Positions 38,702 through 48,255 are shown, numbered from the stretch's first letter. The stretch: DNA of 58,800 nt from Candidatus Eiseniibacteriota bacterium (GCA_044229145.1 JBGATO010000019.1:1-58800); one strand, 5' to 3'. The notes: a model not told the origin generated them from the letters alone. Made by a program: numbers and translations.

Positions 38702-39403
38702 TCAGGCTTCGCGTGCGTCCCAGAGGCTGTCGACCAGCGCGGCGACGTGCAGCGCGGTGGTGTCGAACAGCGGCAGGCTGTCGAGGGTGTCGGCGCGCAA
38801 GAGGAGAGGGAGCTCGGTGCCGGCGAGCACGACGCCATCGATGCGCGCGGCGGCGTGGAGCCGGCATGCGAGCGCGGTCACCGCGTCCCGCGCCGCGTCG
38901 GTGAATGTGCCGCGCAGGAGTTCATCGACGTAGACGCGATGCAGCCACGCGCGATCGTCGGCGTCCGGCGTCACCACGGCGAGGCCGCGGCGCGCAAAGA
39001 CCTCGGGATAGAACGACGCCTCCATCGTGAAGCGCGTCCCGAGAACGGCGACACGCGCGCACCCGGCGCTCCGCACGGCATCCGCGCAGACCTCCACGAT
39101 GCTGATCAGCGGGACGCTGCTCCGCGCCGCCACCGCGTCGAACACGATGTGCGGCGTGTTCGCCGAGATCGCGACGACCTCCGCGCCGGCCGCGGCGAGC
39201 CGGCGTACCGACGCCACGAAGTACTCCGCCAGCGCCGCGTGGTCGCTCGCCACCAACGCCAGCGCGCGGTCCACGTCGAGCGAATCGATGACGATCGACG
39301 GCGCGCTGCCCGGCGCCCGGCGCGCCCACGCCGCGAGAATGCGCTGGTAGTAGTCGATCGTCGATTCCGGCCCGAGGCCGCCGACCAATCCGAGCGTCGC
39401 CAT
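38702..39403 (-). CDS. Aspartate/glutamate racemase-family protein (catalytic Cys absent)
   Basis: 'GLVGGLGPESTIDYY', 'SANTPH', 'LGTRFTM', 'LAGTELPL'. Confidence 0.88.
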   Translation of the reverse strand: MATLGLVGGLGPESTIDYYQRILAAWARRAPGSAPSIVIDSLDVDRALALVASDHAALAEYFVASVRRLAAAGAEVVAISANTPHIVFDAVAARSSVPLISIVEVCADAVRSAGCARVAVLGTRFTMEASFYPEVFARRGLAVVTPDADDRAWLHRVYVDELLRGTFTDAARDAVTALACRLHAAARIDGVVLAGTELPLLLRADTLDSLPLFDTTALHVAALVDSLWDAREA

Positions 39404-40128
39404 CAACTCTCCCGTCGCGCCAACACGTAAATCGACCACGGCGCCACGCGGCTTTCGCTCACCCACGCGATGCCGTCGTCCTCGCGCCCGAGCGGCTGGT
39501 ACATCGCCTCGACGTCCAATCCCGCGTCCGCGAACGCGGCGCGATACGCCGCGTCGTCGCACACGACGTCCTGCACCGGCCGCGCGTCGTCGACGTCGAG
39601 CATCACGATCCGCACCGTGTCGCCGCTGCGCGCCGTGCGGTTTTCGGGATACGCGCGGGTCGAGAACGATGTCCACTCGTGCGTGTAGATCTCCGGCGTC
39701 GACACGATCGCCACCAGGCGCCCGGCCGGCGCCAGCGATGCGCGCAGCGAGGCCAGCGCGGCGACGCGCTCCGGCATGTTGTCGAACGTGAACGCGGCGA
39801 AGACGAGGTCGTACGCACCGGCGGGCAGCGGCGGCGGCGCGGCGGCGGGCACGTGCGTGTACCGCCCTGTCGGGTCGAGCGCCCGCGCGTGGGCGATCAT
39901 CTCGCTCGCGATATCGATGCCCTCCGCGTCGAACCCCTGCGCCCGCAGGTAGCGCGTCGAACGTCCGGTGCCGCATCCGAAGTCGAGCGCGTGGCGGCCG
40001 CGGATGTGGGCCGCGAAGATTTCCGGCAAGTCGCGGAAGGCGAGCGCGTAGGTTCCGGGAAACTCGAGCCGCGCGTACGACGCCGCGCGCGTCACATCCG
40101 CATAGACGTTGTCGAAGTCGTCGGTCAT
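39403..40128 (-). CDS. Class I SAM-dependent methyltransferase
   Basis: 'ALDFGCGTGRS', 'GIDIASEMI'. Confidence 0.9.
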   Translation of the reverse strand: MTDDFDNVYADVTRAASYARLEFPGTYALAFRDLPEIFAAHIRGRHALDFGCGTGRSTRYLRAQGFDAEGIDIASEMIAHARALDPTGRYTHVPAAAPPPLPAGAYDLVFAAFTFDNMPERVAALASLRASLAPAGRLVAIVSTPEIYTHEWTSFSTRAYPENRTARSGDTVRIVMLDVDDARPVQDVVCDDAAYRAAFADAGLDVEAMYQPLGREDDGIAWVSESRVAPWSIYVLARRES

Positions 40129-40190
40129 CGCCTGCCTCCGGCGCGATCTCCTCGGGGGACGCCAACCGTACGCAGCGTGCGCCGCCAGTG

Positions 40191-40526
40191 TCAATCGACC
40201 GGCGGCTCGCCCGGCTCCATGCCGCAACGGCGGAACATGCCGTGACGCATGTGCTCCCGCTCCTCCGGCGTCATCGCCGCGCGGCGCTCCGCCATCCGCT
40301 GCCGCATGCGCCCGCCCGAGCCCCCGTTCATGCCGAACCCGCCGAACAGGATGCGGCACAGCGCGAGCAGACCGAGCGCCTGCCACAATGTAATCGTGCG
40401 CCAGCCGAACAACTCCGGCGTCAGCCAATTCCAGAGCGCGCGCACCGCGACACCGCCCAGCCCCACGAACGCGACCATACCGACGATCGCCAGCGGGGCG
40501 ATCCACAACAGCTTGCGTGACATCAT
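40191..40526 (-). CDS. Small membrane protein cotranscribed with ECF sigma
   Basis: 'LWNWLTPELFG..ITLWQALGLL.LCRILFGG', 'MTPEERE'. Confidence 0.75.
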   Translation of the reverse strand: MMSRKLLWIAPLAIVGMVAFVGLGGVAVRALWNWLTPELFGWRTITLWQALGLLALCRILFGGFGMNGGSGGRMRQRMAERRAAMTPEEREHMRHGMFRRCGMEPGEPPVD

Positions 40527-40533
40527 CCTTCCC

Positions 40534-41073
40534 TCACTCTTCAGTCCAGGCGTCGTGCACCGCACGGAGCCGTTGGCGCAGGTGCAAAATCGCATAGCGC
40601 TTGCGCGACAGCAGCGTGTTGACGCCGACACCGGTGGACGCTGACATCTCGGCGAAGCTGCGCCCCTCGAGTTCGTGGCCGACGAACACCTCACGTTGTT
40701 CGCGCGGCAGCTCCGCGAGCGCCGCCTCGATCTCGGCCAGCAGCGCAGCACGACGGCGCTGTGCCTCCGGACCATCGCCGGGATCCGGCAGCAGATCGGC
40801 GAGCGCCTCGTCGCCGTCCTGCGGCGTGCGACGTGCGGCGCGGTACGCATCGGCGATGCGATTGCGCGCCACGCGGAACAGCCAGCCCGTCAGGTGATCG
40901 ATGGGCATGAGCAGCCGCGTCGCGGTGACGAGATCCGCATAGACGTCCTGCAGAATGTCTTCCGCGTCGCGGGGATCGGGCACACGGCGACGGATGAAGC
41001 GGCCGAGGCGGGAGTACTCCCGCGTCGCCACGTCCTCGATCCGTTCGTCGTCGTGCGCCATGCTCGTGTCCAT
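40534..41073 (-). CDS. ECF-type sigma-70 factor
   Basis: 'DAEDILQDV', 'WLFRVARNRIAD', 'LPREQREVF', 'GVGVNTLLSRK'. Confidence 0.93.
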   Translation of the reverse strand: MDTSMAHDDERIEDVATREYSRLGRFIRRRVPDPRDAEDILQDVYADLVTATRLLMPIDHLTGWLFRVARNRIADAYRAARRTPQDGDEALADLLPDPGDGPEAQRRRAALLAEIEAALAELPREQREVFVGHELEGRSFAEMSASTGVGVNTLLSRKRYAILHLRQRLRAVHDAWTEE

Positions 41074-41084
41074 GCTGAAGAGGA

Positions 41085-41120
41085 AGACGAAAAAGGGGGC
41101 CCCGATATTGTGGGCCCCCC
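41085..41120 (-). terminator. GC hairpin plus T-run (possible intrinsic terminator, overlapping a possible ECF promoter)
   Basis: Minus strand GGGGGCCC-acaatatcg-GGGCCCCC-TTTTTCGTC. Confidence 0.5.
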
Positions 41121-41142
41121 GAGAATTCTTCGCGGCGCGCGT

Positions 41143-41226
41143 TCAGTCGCGCGCATTCATGCCCACCAGCCACGGCCGGATGTCGACACGCAGCAGGCTC
41201 GAGCGCACCGCGGGATCTGTCTCGGC
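41143..41226 (-). pseudogene. Remnant C-terminus of a YciI-like gene
   Basis: Own translation AETDPAVRSSLLRVDIRPWLVGMNARD*, no start codon, abuts the previous stop. Confidence 0.45.
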
Positions 41227-41675
41227 TACCCCGCGTCCGGAATTTCGGGCTCGACCAACAGCGTCAGCAAGGTGAGCGATTCCTGCCAGCCGAGGTAGCA
41301 CATCTCCACCGGAATCACGTCGGGGATGCCCTCCTGCACGATCGACAGCTCGGTGCCGCCCATGACCTCGCGCAACTGCACGGTGATCTGCATCTCGCCC
41401 GGCAGATTGGGATCGTCGAAGGTGTCGGTGTAGCGCAGCTGGCTGTACGGCGTCAGCTCGACGTACGTGCCGCGGAAGGAGTGCGAGGCCCCGGTGTGGA
41501 AATTGGTGAACGACATGCGGTAGCCGCCGCCCACCCGCGCGTCCATCTCATGCATCGTCGCGGTGAAGCCGTGCGGCGGCAGCCATTTGACCATCGCCTG
41601 GGGATCGAGAAACGCGCGGTAGAGGCGTTCGGGCGTGGCACGCAGCACGCGGTGGAGTCGGACGGTGCCTGGCAT
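41226..41675 (-). CDS. SRPBCC/AHSA1-family protein
   Basis: 'RLYRAFLDP.AMVKWLPP', 'DARVGGGYRMSF', 'GWQESL'. Confidence 0.92.
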   Translation of the reverse strand: MPGTVRLHRVLRATPERLYRAFLDPQAMVKWLPPHGFTATMHEMDARVGGGYRMSFTNFHTGASHSFRGTYVELTPYSQLRYTDTFDDPNLPGEMQITVQLREVMGGTELSIVQEGIPDVIPVEMCYLGWQESLTLLTLLVEPEIPDAG

Positions 41676-41707
41676 GCGGGGTTCCTCCTTGTCGATGACG
41701 CCGGCGC

Positions 41708-41980
41708 TCACGCCGTGTCGAGCAGGTCGCGAATCTTGTGGAAGGTTGCCAGATTGCGCGCGGTGATGCCATCGCCTGCAGCACGGTTGAGCCGCGCCCA
41801 GAGCGGACTGCGGCCGCTGCCCTGCGGAAAGCGCGCGTAGGCGACGTGACGCCCGACGCGCAACGCATCCGGCTCCCACTCCTCCGCCGCGAGGTCGTGC
41901 CGCAGATCCGCCATGGCGATGCGGTTCGCACCGCCGACGTTGATGCCGCGCAATAACGCCACGCGGCGGTCCGCGGTCAC
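41708..41980 (-). pseudogene. DUF1697-family gene, internally deleted (90 aa)
   Basis: 'VALLRGINVGG..MADLR' joined directly to the C-terminal part with 'TARN'; the conserved SGN segment is missing. Confidence 0.7.
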
Positions 41981-42453
41981 TTCGCCGCCGGCTTCTTCGG
42001 CGCGCGCGGCGGCAGCAGCGAGCGCTGCAACATGCCGATCGGATGACCCGAGGGATCGAGCGCAATCGCGATCGCGCCGGTGCTGTCGGGCAGGTTGAAC
42101 GGGAACACCGGCGGCACCGTGCCCCCGAGTTCCTTCGCCTTGGCGCAGGTCGCCACGATGTCGTCGACCTGCACGTAGACGACGCCGTTGAACCCGCTGA
42201 GCGCGCCGTCTGCCGGCCGCAGCGTGCCGACTTGCGCGCCATCCACGACGATCGTCGCCGCCTGGTCGCTGTAGGACACCGGCGCGAACGTCCATCCGAA
42301 CAACGGACCGTAGAACGCCTTCGCCTTGACGAAGTCGGTCGTCGCGATGTCGAACCATGCGATGTGGCCTGCCGCGATCTTCGGTGGCGCATCGGCCATC
42401 GCGGTGACCGCGCTGACGGCCACGGCGAGACATGACAGGGCGAAGCGTCGCAT
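41977..42453 (-). CDS. VOC/glyoxalase-family protein with signal peptide
   Basis: 'IAWFDI', 'FYGPLFGW', 'YVQVDDI', 'DPSGHPIG'. Confidence 0.88.
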   Translation of the reverse strand: MRRFALSCLAVAVSAVTAMADAPPKIAAGHIAWFDIATTDFVKAKAFYGPLFGWTFAPVSYSDQAATIVVDGAQVGTLRPADGALSGFNGVVYVQVDDIVATCAKAKELGGTVPPVFPFNLPDSTGAIAIALDPSGHPIGMLQRSLLPPRAPKKPAAK

Positions 42454-42468
42454 GAGAATGCTCCTCGG

Positions 42469-43971
42469 TTAGCGGGTCAGGCGTGCGCGCACCGCGTCGA
42501 GCTCCACATCGCGTCCCGCGGCGATGTCCGCCGCCGTCGGGTCCACGCGCACGTCGGGGTCGAGGCCCGCGTCGGGCTGCGGCGCGGGCGAGAATTGACC
42601 GATCAGCGGCACATCGAGTTCGAGACCGGTACGCGGTAGACGCAGGAAGAAGAAGCAGCCGCCGTTGATGCCGCGTTGATTCCCACCGGTCGGCTGGCCG
42701 ACCAGCGTGCCGAGATGGTTCTGTCGCACCGTGCGCGCGAACTCGAACGTTGCCGAACTGTTGGTGGCGCCGACGAGCACCCACACGCGGCCATCGAACC
42801 GCGGCGCGCGCGGCGCGATGGTACCGCCCACGTCGTCGTCCGCATCGCGCCGCAGCCGGAACCACTGCGCGCTCGAATCCTTCGCCGCATCGCCCCAGTC
42901 GAAGAACGAGGGATCCCACGTGTCGAGGACGGGGCGCAGTGCATCCGGCACGCGGCGGTAGCGCACCAACCGCACCACCTGCTGCCGCGGAACCGGCGCC
43001 GCGATCAGGTGGCTGACGATGGCGTCGCCGACATCGCTGCCGCCTTCGTTGCCGCGCAGATCGATGACGACATCGCGCACCTGGCCGCCGGCGAGCGCGG
43101 CGAACGTCGAATCGAGCCACGCCTGCCACGGCCACGAGGAGTTGTAGGTCACCCACGTCGGCATGCGCAGGAGTGCGGCGCCGTCGGCGAGCGGCGTGCA
43201 CTGCCACAGCGGCGCGTTCTCCTGCGTGGTCGTGGGCTCGAGCGCGGCGAGGGATGCCAGACGCGCGTCGTAGGATTGCAGCGCGAGCCGCACCGGACGC
43301 CTCGCACCTGACGGCGCGCGCACCTGCGCCGTCACCGCGTCGTCGCGATGCGGACACAGCAATGGCCAGAAGATGTCGAACGCTTCGTAGCGGCTGGTGC
43401 CGTCGACTTGCAGCGAGGCGACGCGCTTGGCGTCATTGTGGCCGTCGGCGCGCCCGTACGGCATCAACCGCGCGAGGATGGTCGCCGCCGGGATGCCGTC
43501 GAGCACGGCGATCTCGTCGCCAGGCCGCAGGCTGTCGGTGAACGCATGCGTCACGATCATGCGGCCATCGAGCCAGCGGAAGGTGAACGGCACGCGGCCG
43601 CGCTCGAACAGCGCATGCTGCACCGCGCGGCGTTGGTTGAAGAAGTTGGCGTAGGTGTGCCCGCAGCGTACCGAGGACGCGAAGCGCGAGAATGCGAGGT
43701 ACGCCTCGGCCAGCGTCGCGCCGTGCGCGAATGCGCGGTCGAGCGCCGCGAACGCCGCGTCCATCTCGCGCGGCGTCGCGTAGCGATGCAGTCCGGGGTG
43801 CAGCGCGCCGTAGGCCTGACGCAGCACCGCGACGTCGGCGCGCAGATCCTCCGCCGCGAGCGGCGTCTCAGGCGTCCACGCGAGTTCCGGCGCCGCGAGC
43901 GCGGCCGTCGTCCAGACTGTGGCCAGCACGGCGGCCGCCCATGCGCCTACTGCCCGGCGGGCGGCTGCCAC
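42469..43971 (-). CDS. S41-family peptidase, exported (start approximate)
   Basis: 'HPGLHRY', 'CGHT', 'IDLRGNEGG', 'NSSATFEF', 'LVGQPTGG', 'GLDPD'. Confidence 0.88.
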   Translation of the reverse strand: MAAARRAVGAWAAAVLATVWTTAALAAPELAWTPETPLAAEDLRADVAVLRQAYGALHPGLHRYATPREMDAAFAALDRAFAHGATLAEAYLAFSRFASSVRCGHTYANFFNQRRAVQHALFERGRVPFTFRWLDGRMIVTHAFTDSLRPGDEIAVLDGIPAATILARLMPYGRADGHNDAKRVASLQVDGTSRYEAFDIFWPLLCPHRDDAVTAQVRAPSGARRPVRLALQSYDARLASLAALEPTTTQENAPLWQCTPLADGAALLRMPTWVTYNSSWPWQAWLDSTFAALAGGQVRDVVIDLRGNEGGSDVGDAIVSHLIAAPVPRQQVVRLVRYRRVPDALRPVLDTWDPSFFDWGDAAKDSSAQWFRLRRDADDDVGGTIAPRAPRFDGRVWVLVGATNSSATFEFARTVRQNHLGTLVGQPTGGNQRGINGGCFFFLRLPRTGLELDVPLIGQFSPAPQPDAGLDPDVRVDPTAADIAAGRDVELDAVRARLTR

Positions 43972-44333
43972 AATTCGACCTTGTTCCCCTCGGGATCGAT
44001 TACCCAGCCGAAGCGTCCGAACTCCGACTCCTCGAGCCGGTCGACGACATTGCAGCCCTCCGCCCGCAGCGCGGCGAGCACCGCATCGAGATCCTCGACG
44101 CGATAGTTGACCATGAAGCGCGCGGTGCCGGGCGCGAAGTACGCGTCCTCTTCCGACATGATCGACCACACGGTGCTGCCGCCGGTGGGCACGCCGTCCG
44201 CGTCGGCCCAGCGGAAGATCGCGCCGCCCCATTCGCTGACGTCGACGCCGAGGTGCGTCTTGTACCACTGCTGCAGGGCCTCGGGATCGTGCGCGTAGAA
44301 GAAGACGCCGCCGATGCCGGTGACTCGTCGCAT
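43947..44333 (-). CDS. VOC/glyoxalase-family protein
   Basis: 'RVTGIGGVFF', 'FMVNYRVEDLD', 'DPEGNKVELWQP'. Confidence 0.93.
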   Translation of the reverse strand: MRRVTGIGGVFFYAHDPEALQQWYKTHLGVDVSEWGGAIFRWADADGVPTGGSTVWSIMSEEDAYFAPGTARFMVNYRVEDLDAVLAALRAEGCNVVDRLEESEFGRFGWVIDPEGNKVELWQPPAGQ

Positions 44334-44359
44334 GTTGGACTCTCCGTGTGAACTCGGCG

Positions 44360-45130
44360 CTACGCCGGCCCGATGAGACCGAGCGTGCTGCCGGAGGGAT
44401 CGGTGAAGTAGGCGAAGGTCGCCATGCCCGGCATCGCCATCGGATCGCCGAGCCGTGCGCCGCCCGCGGCCTCGACCTGCGCGAGCGTCGCCACCGCGTC
44501 GTTCGCGTAGATGTAGGCGACCGCCGGCAACGACGGCGTGTGCGATTGCCACACCCCGCTTGGCCCCTTGCCCGGGTCGAAGCCGACGAACTGCGGCATC
44601 GTCGGCACCGCGCCCCAGCCGAAGTGCGCGCCGAACCACGCAGCCGCGGCATCGCCATCCGCCGCGTACATTTCGAGGCTGCACAAGGTGCCGGCCGGCG
44701 GTGTCCACTCGCCGCCGAACGGCGGCGGCATGTGCGTCGCGCCCTCCGCCATGGCGCGGCCGGTGAGACCGTAGATGGTGCCGCACGGATCGCGGAACCG
44801 CGCCATCGCACCGACCATCGGAATCGTCCACGGCGCCTTCTCGGCGCTCCCGCCGGCGGCGATGAGCGCGTCGAAGCTCGCGGCCACATCGTCCACCGCG
44901 ATGTACGGCACCACGCCGGGGAAATCGTCCGGGACGTTGGCGCGCAGCGCGCACGACGGACCGCCCGGCGTCTCCATCGCGATCAACTCCGCGGACAGTT
45001 TCATCGCGCGCCAGCCGAACACGCTCTCATAGAACGCCTGCGACGCGGCAAGGTGGTTGGCGGCGATGACGACGAGCGCGACAGGATGCGCGCCCGAGCC
45101 CACCGGAATGTCGGGGAATGAACCGGCCAT
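44360..45130 (-). CDS. Tandem-domain VOC-family protein
   Basis: Two repeats 'FYESVFGW..DPCG' and 'WFGAHFGW..DPSG'. Confidence 0.88.
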   Translation of the reverse strand: MAGSFPDIPVGSGAHPVALVVIAANHLAASQAFYESVFGWRAMKLSAELIAMETPGGPSCALRANVPDDFPGVVPYIAVDDVAASFDALIAAGGSAEKAPWTIPMVGAMARFRDPCGTIYGLTGRAMAEGATHMPPPFGGEWTPPAGTLCSLEMYAADGDAAAAWFGAHFGWGAVPTMPQFVGFDPGKGPSGVWQSHTPSLPAVAYIYANDAVATLAQVEAAGGARLGDPMAMPGMATFAYFTDPSGSTLGLIGPA

Positions 45131-45225
45131 GATGAGTCCTCGGTGCGGAGTGGTGAACGGGGAATGCGGCGGAAGGAAGTTGGGGCGATTGTGGCACAGC
45201 GCGCGCGGTTTGTCAGGCCCGCCGG

Positions 45226-45825
45226 TCAGCCGCGATCCAGCGGATTGGCGGCGACGCGTTGCACGAATCCCTTCTGCACGAAGCGAGCCGCGAGGCACGC
45301 CGGCTTGCGGGCGGCTTGCGCTTCGAAGTACCCCGCGAATTCCGCCGGCAGGCCAAGCCGTGGATAGCGCGCGAGGACGTCGGCCCGCAGGTCCGCGGGA
45401 ATCTCGTCGACTTGGCGGCCGGAGATGTCCATCGCGGTGGAGAGTTCGAGCAAGTGCCCCTCGGGGTCGGCAGCGAGATCCACCTCGGCCCACATGTGGC
45501 GCACGATGATCTCGCCGGCGCGGCGCCGGCGCTCGGGCGGCCAGCCCGCGCCGGCCGCAAAGACCCACGCCAGATGCGCGCCGGCTTCCTCGAAGGGCAG
45601 CGCATGATTATCGAACGCATCGACCAAGGCGAGGTCGTGCAGCATCGCCGCGACGTACAGCAACTCCGCGTCGTGCGCGATGCCGCGCTCCGCCGCGTAG
45701 CCTGCTGCCCACAGATACGCGCGGATCGAATGGTGGAGCAGCGCCGGCGTGGCGAACGCGGTCACCACGTCGAGGGCGGCGCGGGCGGCCGGTGTGGCAG
45801 GGATCGAAAGGTCGTCGAGTCTCAT
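45226..45825 (-). CDS. HD-domain protein (cyanamide hydratase-like)
   Basis: 'HHSIRAYLWA', 'AAMLHDL', 'FEEAGA', 'YPRLG'. Confidence 0.85.
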   Translation of the reverse strand: MRLDDLSIPATPAARAALDVVTAFATPALLHHSIRAYLWAAGYAAERGIAHDAELLYVAAMLHDLALVDAFDNHALPFEEAGAHLAWVFAAGAGWPPERRRRAGEIIVRHMWAEVDLAADPEGHLLELSTAMDISGRQVDEIPADLRADVLARYPRLGLPAEFAGYFEAQAARKPACLAARFVQKGFVQRVAANPLDRG

Positions 45826-46268
45826 GCGTTCTCCGCGGTCGAGCCGGGTCGATACATCAGCGTGATTGCGTCGGCGCGGGCTGCGCGATACGACGCCACC
45901 CGCTCGGCGAGAAACCGCGGCGCAGCGGCCTCGGCGATCTCGCGAAAGCCGATCTGCGCGTAGAAGCCCACCAGGTGTCGGTAGGGAATGCAATAGCACG
46001 GCGCGCCGGCGAGCGCGCGATCGACAGCGACGAGCATCCGCGTCCCGATCCCGCGGCGCTGCCACGTCTCGACCACGCGCATGCCACGCAGCACGGTGAC
46101 GCCGTCCTCGCGCGCCAGCCGCACGATGCCGATCCATGCGCCGTCCGCGATGGCGATCACCACCACGTCCTCATCCGCAATCGAGGCCGCATAGCCTTGC
46201 GCCGCATAGAACGCGCGGACTGCCGCGCGCTCATCAGCGCCTGCGCGACGGACCTCGACCCGCACCAT
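45822..46268 (-). CDS. GNAT acetyltransferase
   Basis: 'WQRRGIGTRML', 'FYAQIGF'. Confidence 0.88.
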   Translation of the reverse strand: MVRVEVRRAGADERAAVRAFYAAQGYAASIADEDVVVIAIADGAWIGIVRLAREDGVTVLRGMRVVETWQRRGIGTRMLVAVDRALAGAPCYCIPYRHLVGFYAQIGFREIAEAAAPRFLAERVASYRAARADAITLMYRPGSTAENA

Positions 46269-46271
46269 CCG

Positions 46272-46670
46272 CTACCCCCGGCACGCCGCGGCGTGACGGG
46301 CGGTGTCGACGCGGTGACGAAAGCGCGCCACGCGTCCGGCGTCGTCGAAGTGCCAGATGTGGGTTTCGTCTTCCTCTGCCACCCGCTTCCCGGTGGCCTT
46401 CACCACGAACTCGATGTCGACGAGCACGATCACCGTCTGGCCCGCCTCGGCGATCGTCTTGACCGCGAATCGCTCGATGTCGACGGCCGCCAAGCTGGCG
46501 AAGAACGCGGCGGCGCCGGCATGTCCACTGCGCGCGCGCAGCCAGTCGACCTCGGCAGCCGTCGCGTCGTACTCCCACTCGACGTCGTCGCGGAGTGTGG
46601 CGAGGATCGCCGGCACGTCACCGCGCCCGAATGCATCGTAGATCGTCTGAATCGTCTGCAGATTGCTCAT
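46272..46670 (-). CDS. SnoaL/NTF2-like protein
   Basis: 'IYDAFGRGD', 'DDVEW', 'HIWHF..GRVARFRH.VDT'. Confidence 0.9.
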   Translation of the reverse strand: MSNLQTIQTIYDAFGRGDVPAILATLRDDVEWEYDATAAEVDWLRARSGHAGAAAFFASLAAVDIERFAVKTIAEAGQTVIVLVDIEFVVKATGKRVAEEDETHIWHFDDAGRVARFRHRVDTARHAAACRG

Positions 46671-46679
46671 CACATCCTC

Positions 46680-47195
46680 CTAGCCGTGAAGCCGACGTCC
46701 CATCATCACCAGGTCGCGTTCGACCTCGCCGAGGCGGGCGACGCGCGGCATCACGCCCCACCGCTCGAATCCGTGTTTCGCGAACAAGGCGATGCTCGCC
46801 GTGTTCGAGGCGAAGATGGTCACCGCGAGAGTCTCGATGCCGAGCGCCGGCGCGTGGCGGATCGCTTCCGCCAAGAGATAGGAGCCGAGACCCTTGCCGT
46901 GATAGTCCGGGTGCAGGTAGATCGCGAGATCCGACGTGATGTAGTAGCCCGGCCGCTCGTTCATGAAGTAGGCGAAGTTGAGATAGCCGATGACGCCGCG
47001 CTCCGGCGCCGCGGCGTCTTCCGCGGCCCAGATCGGACGGCGCGTGCCCGCGTGTTTGGCGAGCCACGGCGCGCGCGCGGCCACATCGATCGGCTCGGTG
47101 TCGCAGGTGCTCTCGCGGGTGCGGACCGCATGGTTGTAGATGTCGACGATGGCGGGCAGGTCGGCCGGCGTCGCGTCGCGGTGCGTGTACGTCAT
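46680..47195 (-). CDS. GNAT acetyltransferase, phosphinothricin/YncA-like
   Basis: 'DLPAIVDIYNH', 'IYLHP..GKGLG', 'NTASIALF..HGFERWG'. Confidence 0.9.
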   Translation of the reverse strand: MTYTHRDATPADLPAIVDIYNHAVRTRESTCDTEPIDVAARAPWLAKHAGTRRPIWAAEDAAAPERGVIGYLNFAYFMNERPGYYITSDLAIYLHPDYHGKGLGSYLLAEAIRHAPALGIETLAVTIFASNTASIALFAKHGFERWGVMPRVARLGEVERDLVMMGRRLHG

Positions 47196-47797
47196 GGCCG
47201 CACGAACGCCTTGCGCGCCTTCGCCGCGGCGGCCCGGAACGCGCAGCCTTCGGCGTGGTCGTTGACGAGGCCCATCGCTTGCATGAACGCGTACACCGTG
47301 GTCGGCCCGACGAACGCCCAGCCGCGCTTCTTGAGATCCTTCGACAGGGCAATCGAGGTCGGCGAGGTCGAGACCGTCTGCGGCTCCGGGAGCGCGCGCG
47401 CATCGGGCTCGAAGCGCCACACGTACGCGGCGAGCGAGCCTTCTTGCTGGACGAGCTCGCGGGCGCGCTTCGCGTTGTTGATCGCCGCCTCGATCTTGCC
47501 GCGGTGACGGACGATGCCTTCGTCTTTCAGCAAGCGCTCGACGTCGCGCGCCGTGAACCGCGCGACGCGGTCGTAGTCGAAGCCGTGGAAGGCGGCGCGG
47601 AAGTTCTCGCGCTTGGCGAGGATGGTGCGCCAACTCAGGCCCGACTGGAATCCTTCGAGGCAGATCTTCTCGAACAAGCGCCGGTCGTCGGCCACCGGAT
47701 AGCCCCACTCGCGGTCGTGATAGTCGAGGAACTCCGGCGCCACGCCGCTCCACGCGCACCGCTGCTTGCCGTCCGGGCCGGTGAAGAGGTCGCTCAT
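47192..47797 (-). CDS. tag: DNA-3-methyladenine glycosylase I
   Basis: 'RCAW', 'YHDREWG', 'LEGFQSGLSW', 'FVGPTTVYAFMQAMGLVNDH..C'. Confidence 0.95.
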   Translation of the reverse strand: MSDLFTGPDGKQRCAWSGVAPEFLDYHDREWGYPVADDRRLFEKICLEGFQSGLSWRTILAKRENFRAAFHGFDYDRVARFTARDVERLLKDEGIVRHRGKIEAAINNAKRARELVQQEGSLAAYVWRFEPDARALPEPQTVSTSPTSIALSKDLKKRGWAFVGPTTVYAFMQAMGLVNDHAEGCAFRAAAAKARKAFVRP

Positions 47798-48255
47798 GGC
47801 GCCGGCGTCCCGATCTTGGTGGAGTGCAGCACCGCAAGCAGCCAGCGCCCCCGCTTGCGACGGAAGATCGCGCTCTCGAGCCACTTCTTGACTTGCGTGC
47901 CGCCGGCGTCGCGGATCGTCGAGGTCAGGAAGTACACGGCGTACCCGACATCGCCCTTCACACGGACCTGTCGAAAGTCGAAGTCGTCGGTGCGGTGGTA
48001 GTCGTCCTCGGGAGCATGCATGAACGCGATGTCGCCCTCGACGTCGAGCAGTTCGCCGTTCTCGAGCAGCTGATAGCCGGGCGCCAGCAGAGCGCGGTAG
48101 CGAGCCTTGTCGCGCACCTGCGAATAGTTGCGGTAGACCTCGGCGATGGCCCGGCGAATGTCGGCGCGTTCGTCCGCCTGGACCGCGGTGGCGGCCCAGG
48201 CGCGTGGCGCGGCCAGCAGGAGCCCGGCGCCGGCCAACAGCTGGCGTCTGTTCAT
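47794..48255 (-). CDS. DUF4440/NTF2-like protein with Tat-like signal
   Basis: 'MNRRQLL', 'WLESAIFR..GRWLLAVLHST'. Confidence 0.8.
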   Translation of the reverse strand: MNRRQLLAGAGLLLAAPRAWAATAVQADERADIRRAIAEVYRNYSQVRDKARYRALLAPGYQLLENGELLDVEGDIAFMHAPEDDYHRTDDFDFRQVRVKGDVGYAVYFLTSTIRDAGGTQVKKWLESAIFRRKRGRWLLAVLHSTKIGTPAP

